64,000 nucleotides of DNA from Candidatus Falkowbacteria bacterium (GCA_013336275.1 JAAXUA010000002.1:45057-109056); one strand, 5' to 3'. Numbered from the stretch's first letter, positions 30,301-39,014 are shown. Made by a program: numbers and translations. The notes: generated from the sequence alone by a model not told the origin.

Positions 30301-32768
30301 CAAATACGGCCAGGCTGAAGGGTGATGACAACGCGGATCGGGTGCATATGCGATTTTTCTGTACGGATAATGCCATGATTGAAATCCAGATGGACGACAG
30401 GCAAATACTCCCCGGTGAGTTGTGGCACCAAGTAATGTCGCCCAGAGTGCAGATTCCGAACAATTGTTCCAGAGCATCGGTCCGTTTCTCAGCAGATAAT
30501 GGCATGGAGGGCAATTTCTTTGTCGACGATGTCAAAGTTAAACCGGTGTTGGAGTCTCGTCAGAATGAATATACATCCCAGTCTTGCCGCCTATACCCTA
30601 AATCTGAGGCGAAGTCTTGCCAGTATCAGGACTCCATGGGCATTAGATATAATGGCTGGTATGGCTACTGCTTGGAAAAAGACCGTTACCCAGGCTCTAA
30701 GGATGCCTGCTTGCTTTGGTGGCCAGTAGACAAGATTAACGGTGATCCATTCAGCAAAGAAAATACCTTTAAGGGTTACGATGGCAAATTCCCAGCTTAT
30801 TATTGCGCAGAGCTTGATGGTAATTATCGCTATGTTGAGAAGCGCTCGGCCGCAATGGTGTTGCACCAGACTTCAAGCAAGGCTTGTTTTTGGGGAAATT
30901 TCTTCAATGCCTTGATTCTCGGCGCGACCGGAGGCTGGTCAATTTTAGGCGGCTTCGACATCTTGGGATACAATGGCACCTCGGCCTCTGGTGGACCCTA
31001 CTGTCCGACCGGAGCGGGCTACCTGACCCAGACAGCGAAAGTAGATTGCAGCTGCGGTTTTTGGGATACGGACTGTACTCAGCATTATTATACCTATTGT
31101 TTGCCAGCATCGAGGAAATATGTTGTCAGCAATGCTGGCGAGACTAATAACGAGTGGTCTGGCGGAGCCTGGTATCAATTCAACGGCAGCCTGCTCAAGT
31201 GGCAAGGGCTGGCTGGTCCGGTGACAACCGAAATCGATAATAGTGTAAAAATTCTTGATATGAGCAAGGCTGTGGCGGGCACTAGCGATGGCGAGTTGGT
31301 TGATCCGAGTAAATATGACTTCCTGCCATGTAAGAAGTTCTATCAGACCGTCAGCGAGACCGGGGAAAACAAGGTTTGGCTTGGCCGGTTAGGTGAGGAT
31401 TCGAGATATTCTCCGCTTGGTCTCGGCTACCAATTCAAGCAGGATGATGCACCCTTCGGTTCAGCTGTGCCGCCAAGCCCCGAAGACAATCCGTATGATT
31501 GGGATGGCCACTCTAAGACCGGCCGTCAACCGATTTCATTCAAGTTGCCGGAAAGTCAGGAAGTCAGGGCTGGCTCGCCCTATGCCTGTACTGGTGCAAA
31601 GTGTTCCCAGGTTGGTCATTGCGCCGATAGCGGCAGAACTTGTGTTTCATTAACCACTGTTACAGAACCTATTGATTTATGCGCAACCCTAGGAGCCGCC
31701 GGTACCGTTTCTGGCGCCGCCTACGCAACTCCAAATCTTTGTTATACGGCTGAAAATACTCAGGTAGTTCCAGTGAATGTTATGTCAACTGAGTGTACTA
31801 GGATTGCCACCGGCCTTGCCTGTACTCCTCAGAGTACAGCTGGCTGTAACTGCATATCGCAGCCTACTGGCTTGCCTGGTCCTGCTCCTGCAAATGCTAC
31901 AATTTGCCGAAATGCTGCCAGTGCCTACTGCGACCCGGGTGTTTGTAGCGGTCCTGTGGGAGCGGCGTCCTGCAACACTGTGGTTATAGGCGTGACCAAC
32001 GTTACCACAGCCGCAGCTGGCGGCCCCTCTGACAACTTGGCAATGATTTACCCGTCGTCAGCCTCGACAACCAACCCAAATGCCAGAACCTGGACCTCAC
32101 CGGAGTATGCCTGTGAATATGGCGAAGAGTGTGTAATCACGCCGCAGCCAGATTGGCCAGTAGCAGCTCCTCAGGTTGCCAGAACAGCAGCTCAGACCTA
32201 CCCGGCCTTGGAAAATTTGAAGCGCATGTTCGCTAAGAATTATGGCGTGTGGGTTTGGAATCCTGCTACTAAACATTATGAGAAAGATAACAATCCGGTT
32301 GAAAATTGGGACATCAACAACGATCCAGCAGCAGGTTTCTGCGCCTCCCCAAGACCAGCCTGGGTTCCTGCCGTGACCAATGACTATTGCCGCATCAGAC
32401 CTACAGTCGACAATGTGCTGGTAGATAAGAGTGTTGTTCACAAGGGGGATAATGTCATATTGACATTCAATTCCCATGTTGACGTCAACCAACTGCCAGT
32501 CGTATATTACAAGATTGTTTGGGGTGACGGAAAGCCTGATACGGTTGTTACGGGTGAATTCAGCGATCGACCGAACGCTAATAACCCCCATGTTGTCACG
32601 CATCGCTATGAATATAATGATATCCAAGGCTGCTCGACCGATCCTTGCGGTGACACTAATGGCGATGGTGTGTCTGATACATTAAGGCCGACAGTTATTC
32701 TGATGGATAACTGGGGCACTGAAAGCCTCACCGCAACAGGTCCTGTGGTATCGGTATTCTCGAATTAA
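24342..32768 (+). CDS. Giant (2,808 aa) Cys-rich surface protein with N-terminal anchor, multiple CBM4/9-like jelly-roll modules and a C-terminal PKD-like domain
   Basis: A single uninterrupted ORF with an N-terminal hydrophobic anchor. CBM-like modules open with LLLNSSFEEDLANGTW (about 26410-26820), ILSNSDFEDSTLQGW (about 27800-28225), NLIFNNDFAQN (about 29160-29540, weaker) and YNGNMELAGDDGYPVGW (about 30055-30548). Three of them close with the hallmark F(F/Y)VD(D/N)(I/V)K-like strand. YKIVWGDGKPD...THRYEY (about 32390-32615) is PKD-like. Confidence 0.75.
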   Translation: MPTPKKNGALKISIIFFLLLVGQFFVIRAIFAAGAFQTPSLEVNPAYKAADTQAEATVPDFSAIKIQAPELKYIPALNKKYSLLAQDTNKGFFERKLDQLTSWFQEDLWEEVILAGGSKALGSAMRSALNTIAMDTATWLGSGGNGQKPLFYTEGWGAYLTNVADNAAGTFVEQLGKQNGYAKFNLCKPNFALQMKIGLGLVQSVKPSAPACTFTKLVSNWENELTSEDFMQKIQSSFDPNNNDFGVAFSLQTGMFQQIAEDKYSKLLTREEGQGYVNDPTGKISGALGIPIASEVERKNVLDSGMKANAITQYTGYALVDAANVFINQLAVTAFNELMKKLGGKSYTSSYGNWNSLISNFSAGPDATIGGGITATKNQLRKIVEPQFNVRGDYNILSELSSCPKPDRAGPTNCVIDEKFKQGILDKKTVAEAVRLGYLNGEKVVGFSSDGVEPRYTDAYPYRTLLILRKFRILPVGWEIAAQYIRDNLDSTKPNGVGPKTLADLMACFDQNDEFPGYFAAWCQGLVDPHWLLKAPLNYCRREGPGPENISDDDSTLVRNDKYCADEQSCIKEKADGSCEYYGYCTEERRKWKFNTDSCEPLYNTCQTFKKEDGASVSYLKNTLDYSGCTVDNAGCTDYCTAYNFSTGKYSCTASSTGNKVFLDRDAQSCDSKSEGCTSFIRARDGLGANLLLNSSFEEDLANGTWSAIGATSSDAFSGFSSLLLNPGVMTKNFSAGPGLAYVGGEYNVEGESYTISLYSKNCPAGSTISLKDGANTESASIESGGTWQLFSLSHVFLSSGPSFDFEFNTPAGSSCLIDAIKMEKSIGATPYSDYGATGLITEKYAPSYLGCDGVADPAECKDFARSCKFEEVGCELYTPTNGGLPVPGKVKPGDYCVAECVGFDTYLQSQTTFDSLRPDYFIPKTAKSCSAELNGCDQFTNLDKLGSGAEATEYYSYLRQCVTSGGTQFYTWEGSNETGFQLKVVSLKADDDTDDVPLDLDGNPVTPDIADYVGDPAVTGTRALEVAKCNEKIYQLKQTDPGYNPDCREYYNTAGVKSYHLYSQTISEDSNCHPYRRTEVNIDPSITLQAACVGADKNWNASTTECAVCINGGVWNAQQGACIYQAIPGQGTQCSAAANGCREYTGNTGQTVKILSNSDFEDSTLQGWASFNGADVPILSTESINMGGHSLYVKTTANNQGVVLAMPTSTMLTGSSYAITLIAKTRTPVNLKVRSTNAAAANVDFIGIGALTADWQMYRANLSDMTVIDPINLIIEADVPAEFFVDNIKLSEISNRFYLLKNSWNTPETCNQDLNKKPYPLYMLGCNEYKDRDNLTYYLRSFSYLCKDDAIGCELMVDIHNSTNPKSENFNTGTAQTEDDLTVLADNYIYAVYDKKKLCKSEDVGCQRLGKPYDYSGERLHSDVYLKNNPDNYKTAMCDYPGLSCDEYSSDDSVSYFKNPYDLACEWRPGPKNVYSWYKKRVNRCDVNNDGSGEGALCADNAGCSAAPGYVGVACTQSSQCNPATPAPQNNVCDKGVCRSACSEDRVDHLCSTDFGINPKTFGIGTGQRTSQPTRDVGGTNWVGLCPAEESSCTELVDPKSSFNQNLIFNNDFAQNINLADEPNRDGWPGNVQGVKLDANTLYILSGTGNAGSSVTVGNCTSASGGSNVSLLSANTNTLNAPQAAITLNLGANPVKTSLAFYSNNSIKCQISIVPAGVVTNLDLGLYKAAVDYQLDKGLDATGCNGLVDQSQGCVLFNKRSQDGASVLNLNYDADTSSSTPSINAGLERDSNVLLKVAPDRICDKWLSCRSSVTLKDQDGNDKNVCLDIALCNQFGFDGGCNGTISKDRNNQTYNYPNLGGGLLSASQVGNISGYAKVGKNQAGQTDAQIPFGSMIQYGAAANVYNGNMELAGDDGYPVGWKYYNSNDVWDEKSFKVINTVAGVQNEGVGSAPEGNGILKLGVRHEITSNSFTVKGGEFYVLQTMANTARLKGDDNADRVHMRFFCTDNAMIEIQMDDRQILPGELWHQVMSPRVQIPNNCSRASVRFSADNGMEGNFFVDDVKVKPVLESRQNEYTSQSCRLYPKSEAKSCQYQDSMGIRYNGWYGYCLEKDRYPGSKDACLLWWPVDKINGDPFSKENTFKGYDGKFPAYYCAELDGNYRYVEKRSAAMVLHQTSSKACFWGNFFNALILGATGGWSILGGFDILGYNGTSASGGPYCPTGAGYLTQTAKVDCSCGFWDTDCTQHYYTYCLPASRKYVVSNAGETNNEWSGGAWYQFNGSLLKWQGLAGPVTTEIDNSVKILDMSKAVAGTSDGELVDPSKYDFLPCKKFYQTVSETGENKVWLGRLGEDSRYSPLGLGYQFKQDDAPFGSAVPPSPEDNPYDWDGHSKTGRQPISFKLPESQEVRAGSPYACTGAKCSQVGHCADSGRTCVSLTTVTEPIDLCATLGAAGTVSGAAYATPNLCYTAENTQVVPVNVMSTECTRIATGLACTPQSTAGCNCISQPTGLPGPAPANATICRNAASAYCDPGVCSGPVGAASCNTVVIGVTNVTTAAAGGPSDNLAMIYPSSASTTNPNARTWTSPEYACEYGEECVITPQPDWPVAAPQVARTAAQTYPALENLKRMFAKNYGVWVWNPATKHYEKDNNPVENWDINNDPAAGFCASPRPAWVPAVTNDYCRIRPTVDNVLVDKSVVHKGDNVILTFNSHVDVNQLPVVYYKIVWGDGKPDTVVTGEFSDRPNANNPHVVTHRYEYNDIQGCSTDPCGDTNGDGVSDTLRPTVILMDNWGTESLTATGPVVSVFSN

Positions 32769-32769
32769 G

Positions 32770-33354
32770 ATGTTAGAATTAAATCAACAACAAGCGGCGT
32801 TGGATTTGCGTTTGGCGCAAGCGGCTGAGCGTAACAGTGTCGAGCCCGAGGAGTCAGTTGTTGAACGACCGGAGATGTCATTGCGCCAAAGGCGTCTGTT
32901 GGCCAAAAAACAAGAAGATCAAATCAGTAAGGTCGCAGCCAACAAGCTGTCCAGTGGAGGTGGGGAAACGGCAAGTCAAGGCGTTAAATTCGCTACCGCC
33001 AGGCTGCTGCGCGCTGCCTGGATGAGCGAAGGCACGATCGTCGGCTTTCTTCTGGGGCTGGTTTACATCAATATCCACGTTTTTCTGCGCATGGTGCTTG
33101 GTCCGAATATGTTTTGCAAGCTTGGCGAGGAGTGGTCGCTTGGCAAGACGGGGACAGCTGGCAAGACCGCCAGTACCGGGTTGTTTTTGGTTGAAGCGAT
33201 GCAGCTTATCCTTTTTGATTTGTTGATTTTGGCCATATTGGCTTTCGTCTGTTTCTGGCTTTACTTACTAGCCCAACTTATCACGAGTCCATGGGAAACG
33301 ATACAGCAAAACGGGTGGGAATTTTTCAAGTCATTGTGGGACTTAATGAGATAA
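32770..33354 (+). CDS. Hypothetical integral membrane protein
   Basis: 194 aa. Charged N-terminal third, then 2-3 hydrophobic helices. Starts 1 nt after the giant gene's stop. Confidence 0.55.
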   Translation: MLELNQQQAALDLRLAQAAERNSVEPEESVVERPEMSLRQRRLLAKKQEDQISKVAANKLSSGGGETASQGVKFATARLLRAAWMSEGTIVGFLLGLVYINIHVFLRMVLGPNMFCKLGEEWSLGKTGTAGKTASTGLFLVEAMQLILFDLLILAILAFVCFWLYLLAQLITSPWETIQQNGWEFFKSLWDLMR

Positions 33355-33363
33355 CACGACAAA

Positions 33364-36045
33364 ATGAAAAAAGCTATAAAAAAGTTGAAAGATCATAAAA
33401 TCAAGGCAGTCGTTTTTCTTTTGTTCTGTGCTTCATTATTCTTGGGACAGCATGTTTATGCTGTCTCTGGTGAGGATAAGTTGAGTACGGTTTTTGGCGC
33501 AGTCGGCGTTGCCGTTACTACGGTTGTGGGTATTTTTGCTTATTTGCTAACCACCGTTTTCGGCCTGGCCTTAACGGCCATGGCAGCCCTCTTGGTCCAG
33601 GTTGCTCTGTACAGCGACATAATCAATGTTCCGGCAGTTAGGGAGGGGTGGGTCATTATCCGTGATTTGTGCAATATGTTCTTCGTGCTGATTTTCTTGA
33701 TCATCGCTTTTGCGACGATTTTGCGAATAGAGAATTACAGCGCTAAACGGCTGTTGCCCAAGCTGATTATAATGGCTATCTTGATTAATTTTTCCAAGAC
33801 TATTTTCGGCTTGTTGATTGATTTTTCACAGATCGTCATGTTGACCTTTGTGGTCGCCTTTAAGAATGGGGGCGGCTGGTTCATGGATGCGTTCAGAGTG
33901 CAGAAGTGGTATTCCTTTAACATGAACGATAAGGACTCGAGCGCGGCTACTCAATGGGGAACTGTCGTTGCTATGGTTTTGTCCGTATTTGCAGCTGCTG
34001 TTGCATTGATAATGGTGATGGTCATTCTTGCGGTTCTAGTTATACGTATTGTCATGCTTTGGATTTATACTATTTTATCACCTTTTGTGTTCCTGGGCTG
34101 GGCCTTCCCGCCAGTCGGCAAATATACCGAACAGATTTGGACTGACTTCATTAAGCAGCTTATTGTCGGTCCTGTGCTGGCTTTTTTCCTGTGGCTAGCA
34201 TTGGCCTTTGGAACAGCAAGTTCCAGCACCATGTCATTATCGGCCAGCAGCACAGAGGTTTGCGCCGGCGTTAGTGGTATGTTTTGTACAGGTGAATTAC
34301 AGAAGTTTATTATCATGCTTGGCATGATGGTGGGTGGGCTTATTACTGCCCAATCTGTGGGTGGCGCAGGCGCCAAGGCTGTCAACTGGGGCACTAATAA
34401 GATTAAGAGCGGTCAGGCCTGGGCTGGCAACAAGTTTAATCGTGGCTTCCAAGATGTAACCCGTATCAGCGCTGCAAAGGAGTACTATTCACAGTACCGA
34501 GCCTCTAAAGAGGGTGCCAGAACGGAAAAAATTCAGCTGCAGGCCAATCAGATGGCTTATGGTGTTGGCAAAGCAAAAGAAATGACAGTTGGCAAGGTGA
34601 GCGGTTTTGCAACTGAGCAGTGGGGTAGATTCGGCGGCAATAGTGCCAAGAAATTGCGTGACACCAACAATAAGGATCGGGTTAAGATGCAAGAACTGAA
34701 TGAAGGCAAGGGCTTGGCATTTGAAAAGGCAAAAGATCGCCTTGCATCTAACATGATGAGTCAACGTACGGTGACCATAGGTAACGAAAGGTATGGCCGG
34801 ACCGGGACGGGCTGGACTGATAATACTGGGCGCTATTTTGAGGACGGCGCAATAAAAGAGAAGCTTATTAAGACTGACCAATTCAAGGCTCAGTTAACTC
34901 CAGTGATACAACAAAGGCAGGCTACTCTTCAGCGGCACATGGATCGTCGAGAGTCTTTGGCTCAGTCTGCTCAAGCTAGACAGAAGAGATTTGATCGTTT
35001 GGGTAAACTCGGCTTAGCCGCAACACTTGGTGCGGCTACCGGCGGTGCAGCCCTAGCTGGCGGCGCCTTGGCAGCTTCAGCTGGTCTTGGTGCGGTAGCT
35101 GCTGCCCCGATGGCATATGGATCACTTGGTGAAATGGGCAAAAGGTTCAAGGGCGCTGGCAAGACTGACGGCAATTTAGTTTCTAAATTTAGAATTGAAC
35201 AGATTACTAAGGCCAAGGGAGACATGAAGGATGATAATCACGGCACTGTTTTGGCAAATATCAATGATGAAAGCAAGAGTGCTTTTGTTAGGCTGGCAGC
35301 TGTCATGGAAGCAATGGACCGTCATTTGCTCAGCCAACAGGACGTTAACAGATACCGCAACATATTCCAAGGAAAATTAGGAGGACCGAATGTCGCTCCA
35401 GATGCTGCAGCTCAGCCATGGGCCGACAAGAAAATCAACAGCCGTTTCGAAGCTATTGTTGATAAGAATTATAAAGGCGCTAGTCTCGGATGGCACACTG
35501 CCCAAGACCAAACTCCAGGAAAACAGGATGATGCACGCAGGGCTCAGCTTTCGATTCAGGATGATTTTGCAAGTGGCGACGTCAAGTTAAAAGATCTGGG
35601 TGTGGATGCCTTGCGTGACTCAATAAATCAATTGGCCTTGGGCATGAAGAATGGGCAGTTCGTTAAAGAGTATAAAGATCTTAACCCTGCCAAACAGCAA
35701 GCGCTTATCGATGCTCTTGATAGAAATACTACTTATGAGGCAAAGGCAAAACTGGCTTTTGTAACGAATATCCAAAGAGCCTTTAGAAATGATCAGGCTG
35801 GGGCAACACGATTCATGCAAGGTTTGAGCGTCAAGCAAATCAAGGAAATATTCGAAGAGGAGTCTGACCCTGCGAAAACCAACGCCATAAGATCAGCGGT
35901 CGGGGGTGATCAGAATAATCTTTCGCAAAACGTCAGGCTTTATATCAATGGCAACAGTGCTGCGGCGCAGCAGATGAGAGCCGATCTGGGAGTCGGACAA
36001 CCTGCTGCTCCGAACCCGCCTCAAAATCAGAATCAGATTCCTTAA
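33364..36045 (+). CDS. Polytopic membrane protein, candidate VirB6/TrbL/PrgH-type T4SS channel component with a long soluble C-terminal region
   Basis: 893 aa. Signal/TM, then at least 6 hydrophobic helices in the first about 340 aa, followed by a long polar region with one Ala/Gly-rich hydrophobic segment. The assignment rests on its position in the operon with VirB3/VirB4 homologues. Confidence 0.4.
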   Translation: MKKAIKKLKDHKIKAVVFLLFCASLFLGQHVYAVSGEDKLSTVFGAVGVAVTTVVGIFAYLLTTVFGLALTAMAALLVQVALYSDIINVPAVREGWVIIRDLCNMFFVLIFLIIAFATILRIENYSAKRLLPKLIIMAILINFSKTIFGLLIDFSQIVMLTFVVAFKNGGGWFMDAFRVQKWYSFNMNDKDSSAATQWGTVVAMVLSVFAAAVALIMVMVILAVLVIRIVMLWIYTILSPFVFLGWAFPPVGKYTEQIWTDFIKQLIVGPVLAFFLWLALAFGTASSSTMSLSASSTEVCAGVSGMFCTGELQKFIIMLGMMVGGLITAQSVGGAGAKAVNWGTNKIKSGQAWAGNKFNRGFQDVTRISAAKEYYSQYRASKEGARTEKIQLQANQMAYGVGKAKEMTVGKVSGFATEQWGRFGGNSAKKLRDTNNKDRVKMQELNEGKGLAFEKAKDRLASNMMSQRTVTIGNERYGRTGTGWTDNTGRYFEDGAIKEKLIKTDQFKAQLTPVIQQRQATLQRHMDRRESLAQSAQARQKRFDRLGKLGLAATLGAATGGAALAGGALAASAGLGAVAAAPMAYGSLGEMGKRFKGAGKTDGNLVSKFRIEQITKAKGDMKDDNHGTVLANINDESKSAFVRLAAVMEAMDRHLLSQQDVNRYRNIFQGKLGGPNVAPDAAAQPWADKKINSRFEAIVDKNYKGASLGWHTAQDQTPGKQDDARRAQLSIQDDFASGDVKLKDLGVDALRDSINQLALGMKNGQFVKEYKDLNPAKQQALIDALDRNTTYEAKAKLAFVTNIQRAFRNDQAGATRFMQGLSVKQIKEIFEEESDPAKTNAIRSAVGGDQNNLSQNVRLYINGNSAAAQQMRADLGVGQPAAPNPPQNQNQIP

Positions 36046-36052
36046 TAAAAAT

Positions 36053-37138
36053 ATGAATACAAATATCTCTAATTTTTTCAGCAAGATTTCTAAATATCCC
36101 GAAGAGGTCCAGTTTTATTTTGAATCGAAGTCACTGGTGATAGCGGTGGCAGATTTAGCAGAAAAATATAATCTTGCAGCAGGTTCATTAAATGAATTGA
36201 TGTTGGATTTAGCGGTCGATGATTTTGACTTGGCAAAGTTGCCAAAAAAAATAGAATCAAAATTTTTTTCAGCCGTTGGGGAGAAGCAGGGTGATTTATT
36301 GAGAGATTTTTTTGGGGTTTTATTGCTGCCCTTATCTGCATTTTTAAAAAATGTAAATATAAAGCAGGAATTTGCTAAAATTGGAGGTCATGAAGATGAG
36401 TATGCGATTTATCTTGAGGAGTTCAATAATGAATTAGAAGAAGAGCTGCTGGATGCTTTGGATGAGTATATGGATGAATATGAAAAAACTATTGATTTAA
36501 AAAGCGAAGCTTCAGCTTCATTGGAACTTTTTTCCTTCAATTTTGTCGACGTGATAAAATCTAGCTCATCTGAAACCTTGTCTTCGCTCAATGCCGGACT
36601 GATTTATCTTTTAAATCATCAGGCAGATTTTAAGGATGAGTTAGTCAAACGACTTGTTACAAACCAGGAGAGGTTGACAGCAAGCAACATTAATATTGAC
36701 GGGAAGGCAGTTGAGCCGAGTATAGCTAATTGGATAAAGGATTTTATACAGAAGAATGGCAGTAGTTATTTCAATAATATTTCTCTGACTGAGTATCTTA
36801 CAAATTCTGAGAATACCAAGCAGCTTTCAGGTCAAGAAAGAACTTTGCTCGGTGACGTTTTTGAAACTTACAGAAATTTGAAGTTTTTCCCCCAAAGCAT
36901 GGAAGCTTTGCCTGCACATAAGTGGGCTATCGTGCCACATAACCGCCCCGAACAGAAGAAGGCAAGCCTGGCTAAACGAGTTGAAGTGATTAAGAAAAAT
37001 GAAAATGTACCGCTCATTACGGAAGAAAAAAAAGAACAGACAAGGGCAGAGGAGCTTAAGAAGATGTCTGAATCTTTTCCGCCCAATAGCCTCGAACGGC
37101 GGGCTATTGAGCAGGAAATTGCAAGTTTGAATAAATAA
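36053..37138 (+). CDS. Hypothetical protein (AT-rich gene; N-terminal domain paralogous to the next ORF)
   Basis: 361 aa, no TM, with an acidic central stretch. The N-terminal about 90 aa align by eye with the N-terminus of 37146..38576. Confidence 0.5.
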   Translation: MNTNISNFFSKISKYPEEVQFYFESKSLVIAVADLAEKYNLAAGSLNELMLDLAVDDFDLAKLPKKIESKFFSAVGEKQGDLLRDFFGVLLLPLSAFLKNVNIKQEFAKIGGHEDEYAIYLEEFNNELEEELLDALDEYMDEYEKTIDLKSEASASLELFSFNFVDVIKSSSSETLSSLNAGLIYLLNHQADFKDELVKRLVTNQERLTASNINIDGKAVEPSIANWIKDFIQKNGSSYFNNISLTEYLTNSENTKQLSGQERTLLGDVFETYRNLKFFPQSMEALPAHKWAIVPHNRPEQKKASLAKRVEVIKKNENVPLITEEKKEQTRAEELKKMSESFPPNSLERRAIEQEIASLNK

Positions 37139-37145
37139 AACAATT

Positions 37146-38576
37146 ATGAGTTTCGATTATTTGAGAAAATTCAACGAGCTGCCGGCCGAAGTCAAGGCGG
37201 CGGCTTCTTCGCCTGAAGCGATGGCTTCTTTGGATGAATTGGAAGAGAAGTACCACGTCAACCTGGCCAGCTTGGTCATGCGCATCCTGGTCAAGGAGGT
37301 CAGATTGGCCGAATTAGACAATCATTTATTGATAGATTTGAAGATGGGTCCGGCCGAGGCGGTCGCAGTTGCTGCCGCCCTAAGGGAGAAGATCCTGTCG
37401 CCAGCAATGAAATATCTTATGACCGAGAGCCCGACTCCAGTGGCTAAAGGACAGGAATTGGTTGAAATCGAGCACAATCTTCCTGACGCTCCAGCCAATC
37501 ATAGCCATGCCGAGGAGGAGGTTTTGGATCTTTCTCAGGAATTGAAAGAGCTTAATCGGGAAAAGACTTTACAGCTAGACCTCAAGACCGGAAGACAGGA
37601 TGATATTTTCAATGAAGAAGATGAAACGGAAATTAAAGTTCTGACAGAGCAGATGGATGTCATTGAAAAACCGGCCACGGACCCGACCGAAGAAAATCTA
37701 TCCAAGCTGATCGAAGAGTGTAAGATCAGTTTTTCCAGCCAAATCCTAGTCGACCGTTTCAGGCAGATATTCAGCACCTATTTGAAAGGCATTCGGAAGA
37801 AGATTGAGACTAAAGATGCCATGCTCAAGCCGATTGAGGCGGGTGGGCTGAATCTTGATGATGCGGAAATAGAACGCATCATGCAGCTGGCCCAGAAGTA
37901 CGTGGCGGTCGATGGAGATGCAAAAATGGAGCAACCGAAAAAGATAGTATTGCCTGAGGACAAGCTGGCTTCCGACAGAATGGCCGTGCTAAAGGAGATT
38001 GGAGCTCGTGATGTTGAGTACGACTTAGGCAAAGCGATAGAGGAGCGCAAGAATCAGGCTCAGCCGAGTGATGGCCAAAAGGCGCAGGCAGAGACGGCAG
38101 CACCTCAACCAGCTCCCGCCGCACCAGTAGCGGCAACAATCCAGTTAAAACCTCAACTGCCCGCCGAACCGGCCAAAAAGACATTCTCGTTTTTTCGCAA
38201 TTCTGATGCCATCGGCAAAAAGAAGATGGAAGACGTCAAATTCGTCCCCAAGACTATGGGTCCGATCGATGAGCTGCGCTTCATGGATACCGTGAGCTTT
38301 CGTCGATTGGGCAAGGTGGCGGCTGAAAGTACAGCTAAGCTCAGGGACAAAATTACTCTTTTGGAAAAAGAGCAATATGCTAAAAAGTTAGAGGGCATCA
38401 AGGCTTGGCGGCAAAGCCCGTTGAATCAGCTGTATGTCTCAATGACGCAAAATGCGCTAAGTCAAGGGTTGAGTATCGACCAGGTAATCACCCAGAAAAG
38501 CCAGGCCAATGAGGACTGTTTGAATCAGGCCGAGTTTGAGGCTATAATGAAGTTAAATCAAGAGTTAAGATTCTAG
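37146..38576 (+). CDS. Hypothetical protein (N-terminal domain paralogous to the previous ORF)
   Basis: 476 aa. N-terminal ELPAEVKAAASSPEAMASLDELEEKYHVNLASLVMRIL. Ala/Pro-rich linker QAETAAPQPAPAAPVAAT. Confidence 0.5.
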   Translation: MSFDYLRKFNELPAEVKAAASSPEAMASLDELEEKYHVNLASLVMRILVKEVRLAELDNHLLIDLKMGPAEAVAVAAALREKILSPAMKYLMTESPTPVAKGQELVEIEHNLPDAPANHSHAEEEVLDLSQELKELNREKTLQLDLKTGRQDDIFNEEDETEIKVLTEQMDVIEKPATDPTEENLSKLIEECKISFSSQILVDRFRQIFSTYLKGIRKKIETKDAMLKPIEAGGLNLDDAEIERIMQLAQKYVAVDGDAKMEQPKKIVLPEDKLASDRMAVLKEIGARDVEYDLGKAIEERKNQAQPSDGQKAQAETAAPQPAPAAPVAATIQLKPQLPAEPAKKTFSFFRNSDAIGKKKMEDVKFVPKTMGPIDELRFMDTVSFRRLGKVAAESTAKLRDKITLLEKEQYAKKLEGIKAWRQSPLNQLYVSMTQNALSQGLSIDQVITQKSQANEDCLNQAEFEAIMKLNQELRF

Positions 38577-38579
38577 GGT

Positions 38580-39014
38580 ATGCAACAATTCACGGTACCT
38601 CAGTTTATCGATGTTGAAGATAAGATTATCGGCCCGATTACCACGCGCCAATTCGTTATTATCCTGGCATCATTTTTGATTATCGCTTTGTGTTACAGAT
38701 TGTTTGATTTTTCAGCCTTCATTTTTTTCGGAATAATTATTTTTGCAATTATGATTGTGCTGGCATTCGTGAAGATCAACGGCCGACCGTTTCATTTTTT
38801 TATGTTGAATGTCATCCAGACCTTCAAGCGACCAAAGACCAGAATCTGGCTCAAGGACGAAAGCGTCGAATCTTCGGTCGAAGCAGAAGATCCTTCACTT
38901 AAACGGTTCGAACCTGTTCCGGTCAAGGAGTACACTTTGGGCGGTTCCAGGCTGGATGAGATGTCATTGATCGTCGATACGCAGGGCGCTTACCGAGGCG
39001 AAATCAGAAAATAA
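38580..39014 (+). CDS. PrgI/VirB3-like small membrane protein
   Basis: 144 aa. MQQFTVPQFIDVEDKIIGPITTRQFVIIL followed by two TM helices matches the PrgI-family layout. It sits immediately upstream of the VirB4 ORFs, as in Gram-positive T4SS. Confidence 0.6.
   Translation: MQQFTVPQFIDVEDKIIGPITTRQFVIILASFLIIALCYRLFDFSAFIFFGIIIFAIMIVLAFVKINGRPFHFFMLNVIQTFKRPKTRIWLKDESVESSVEAEDPSLKRFEPVPVKEYTLGGSRLDEMSLIVDTQGAYRGEIRK

Noticed and set aside
24881-32685. Short ORFs, antisense or in alternative frames, inside the giant gene (e.g. 27210..27794, 32097..32627)
   Set aside because: They are embedded in one continuous 8.4-kb reading frame with coherent domain structure, and none has a recognisable motif or independent start context.
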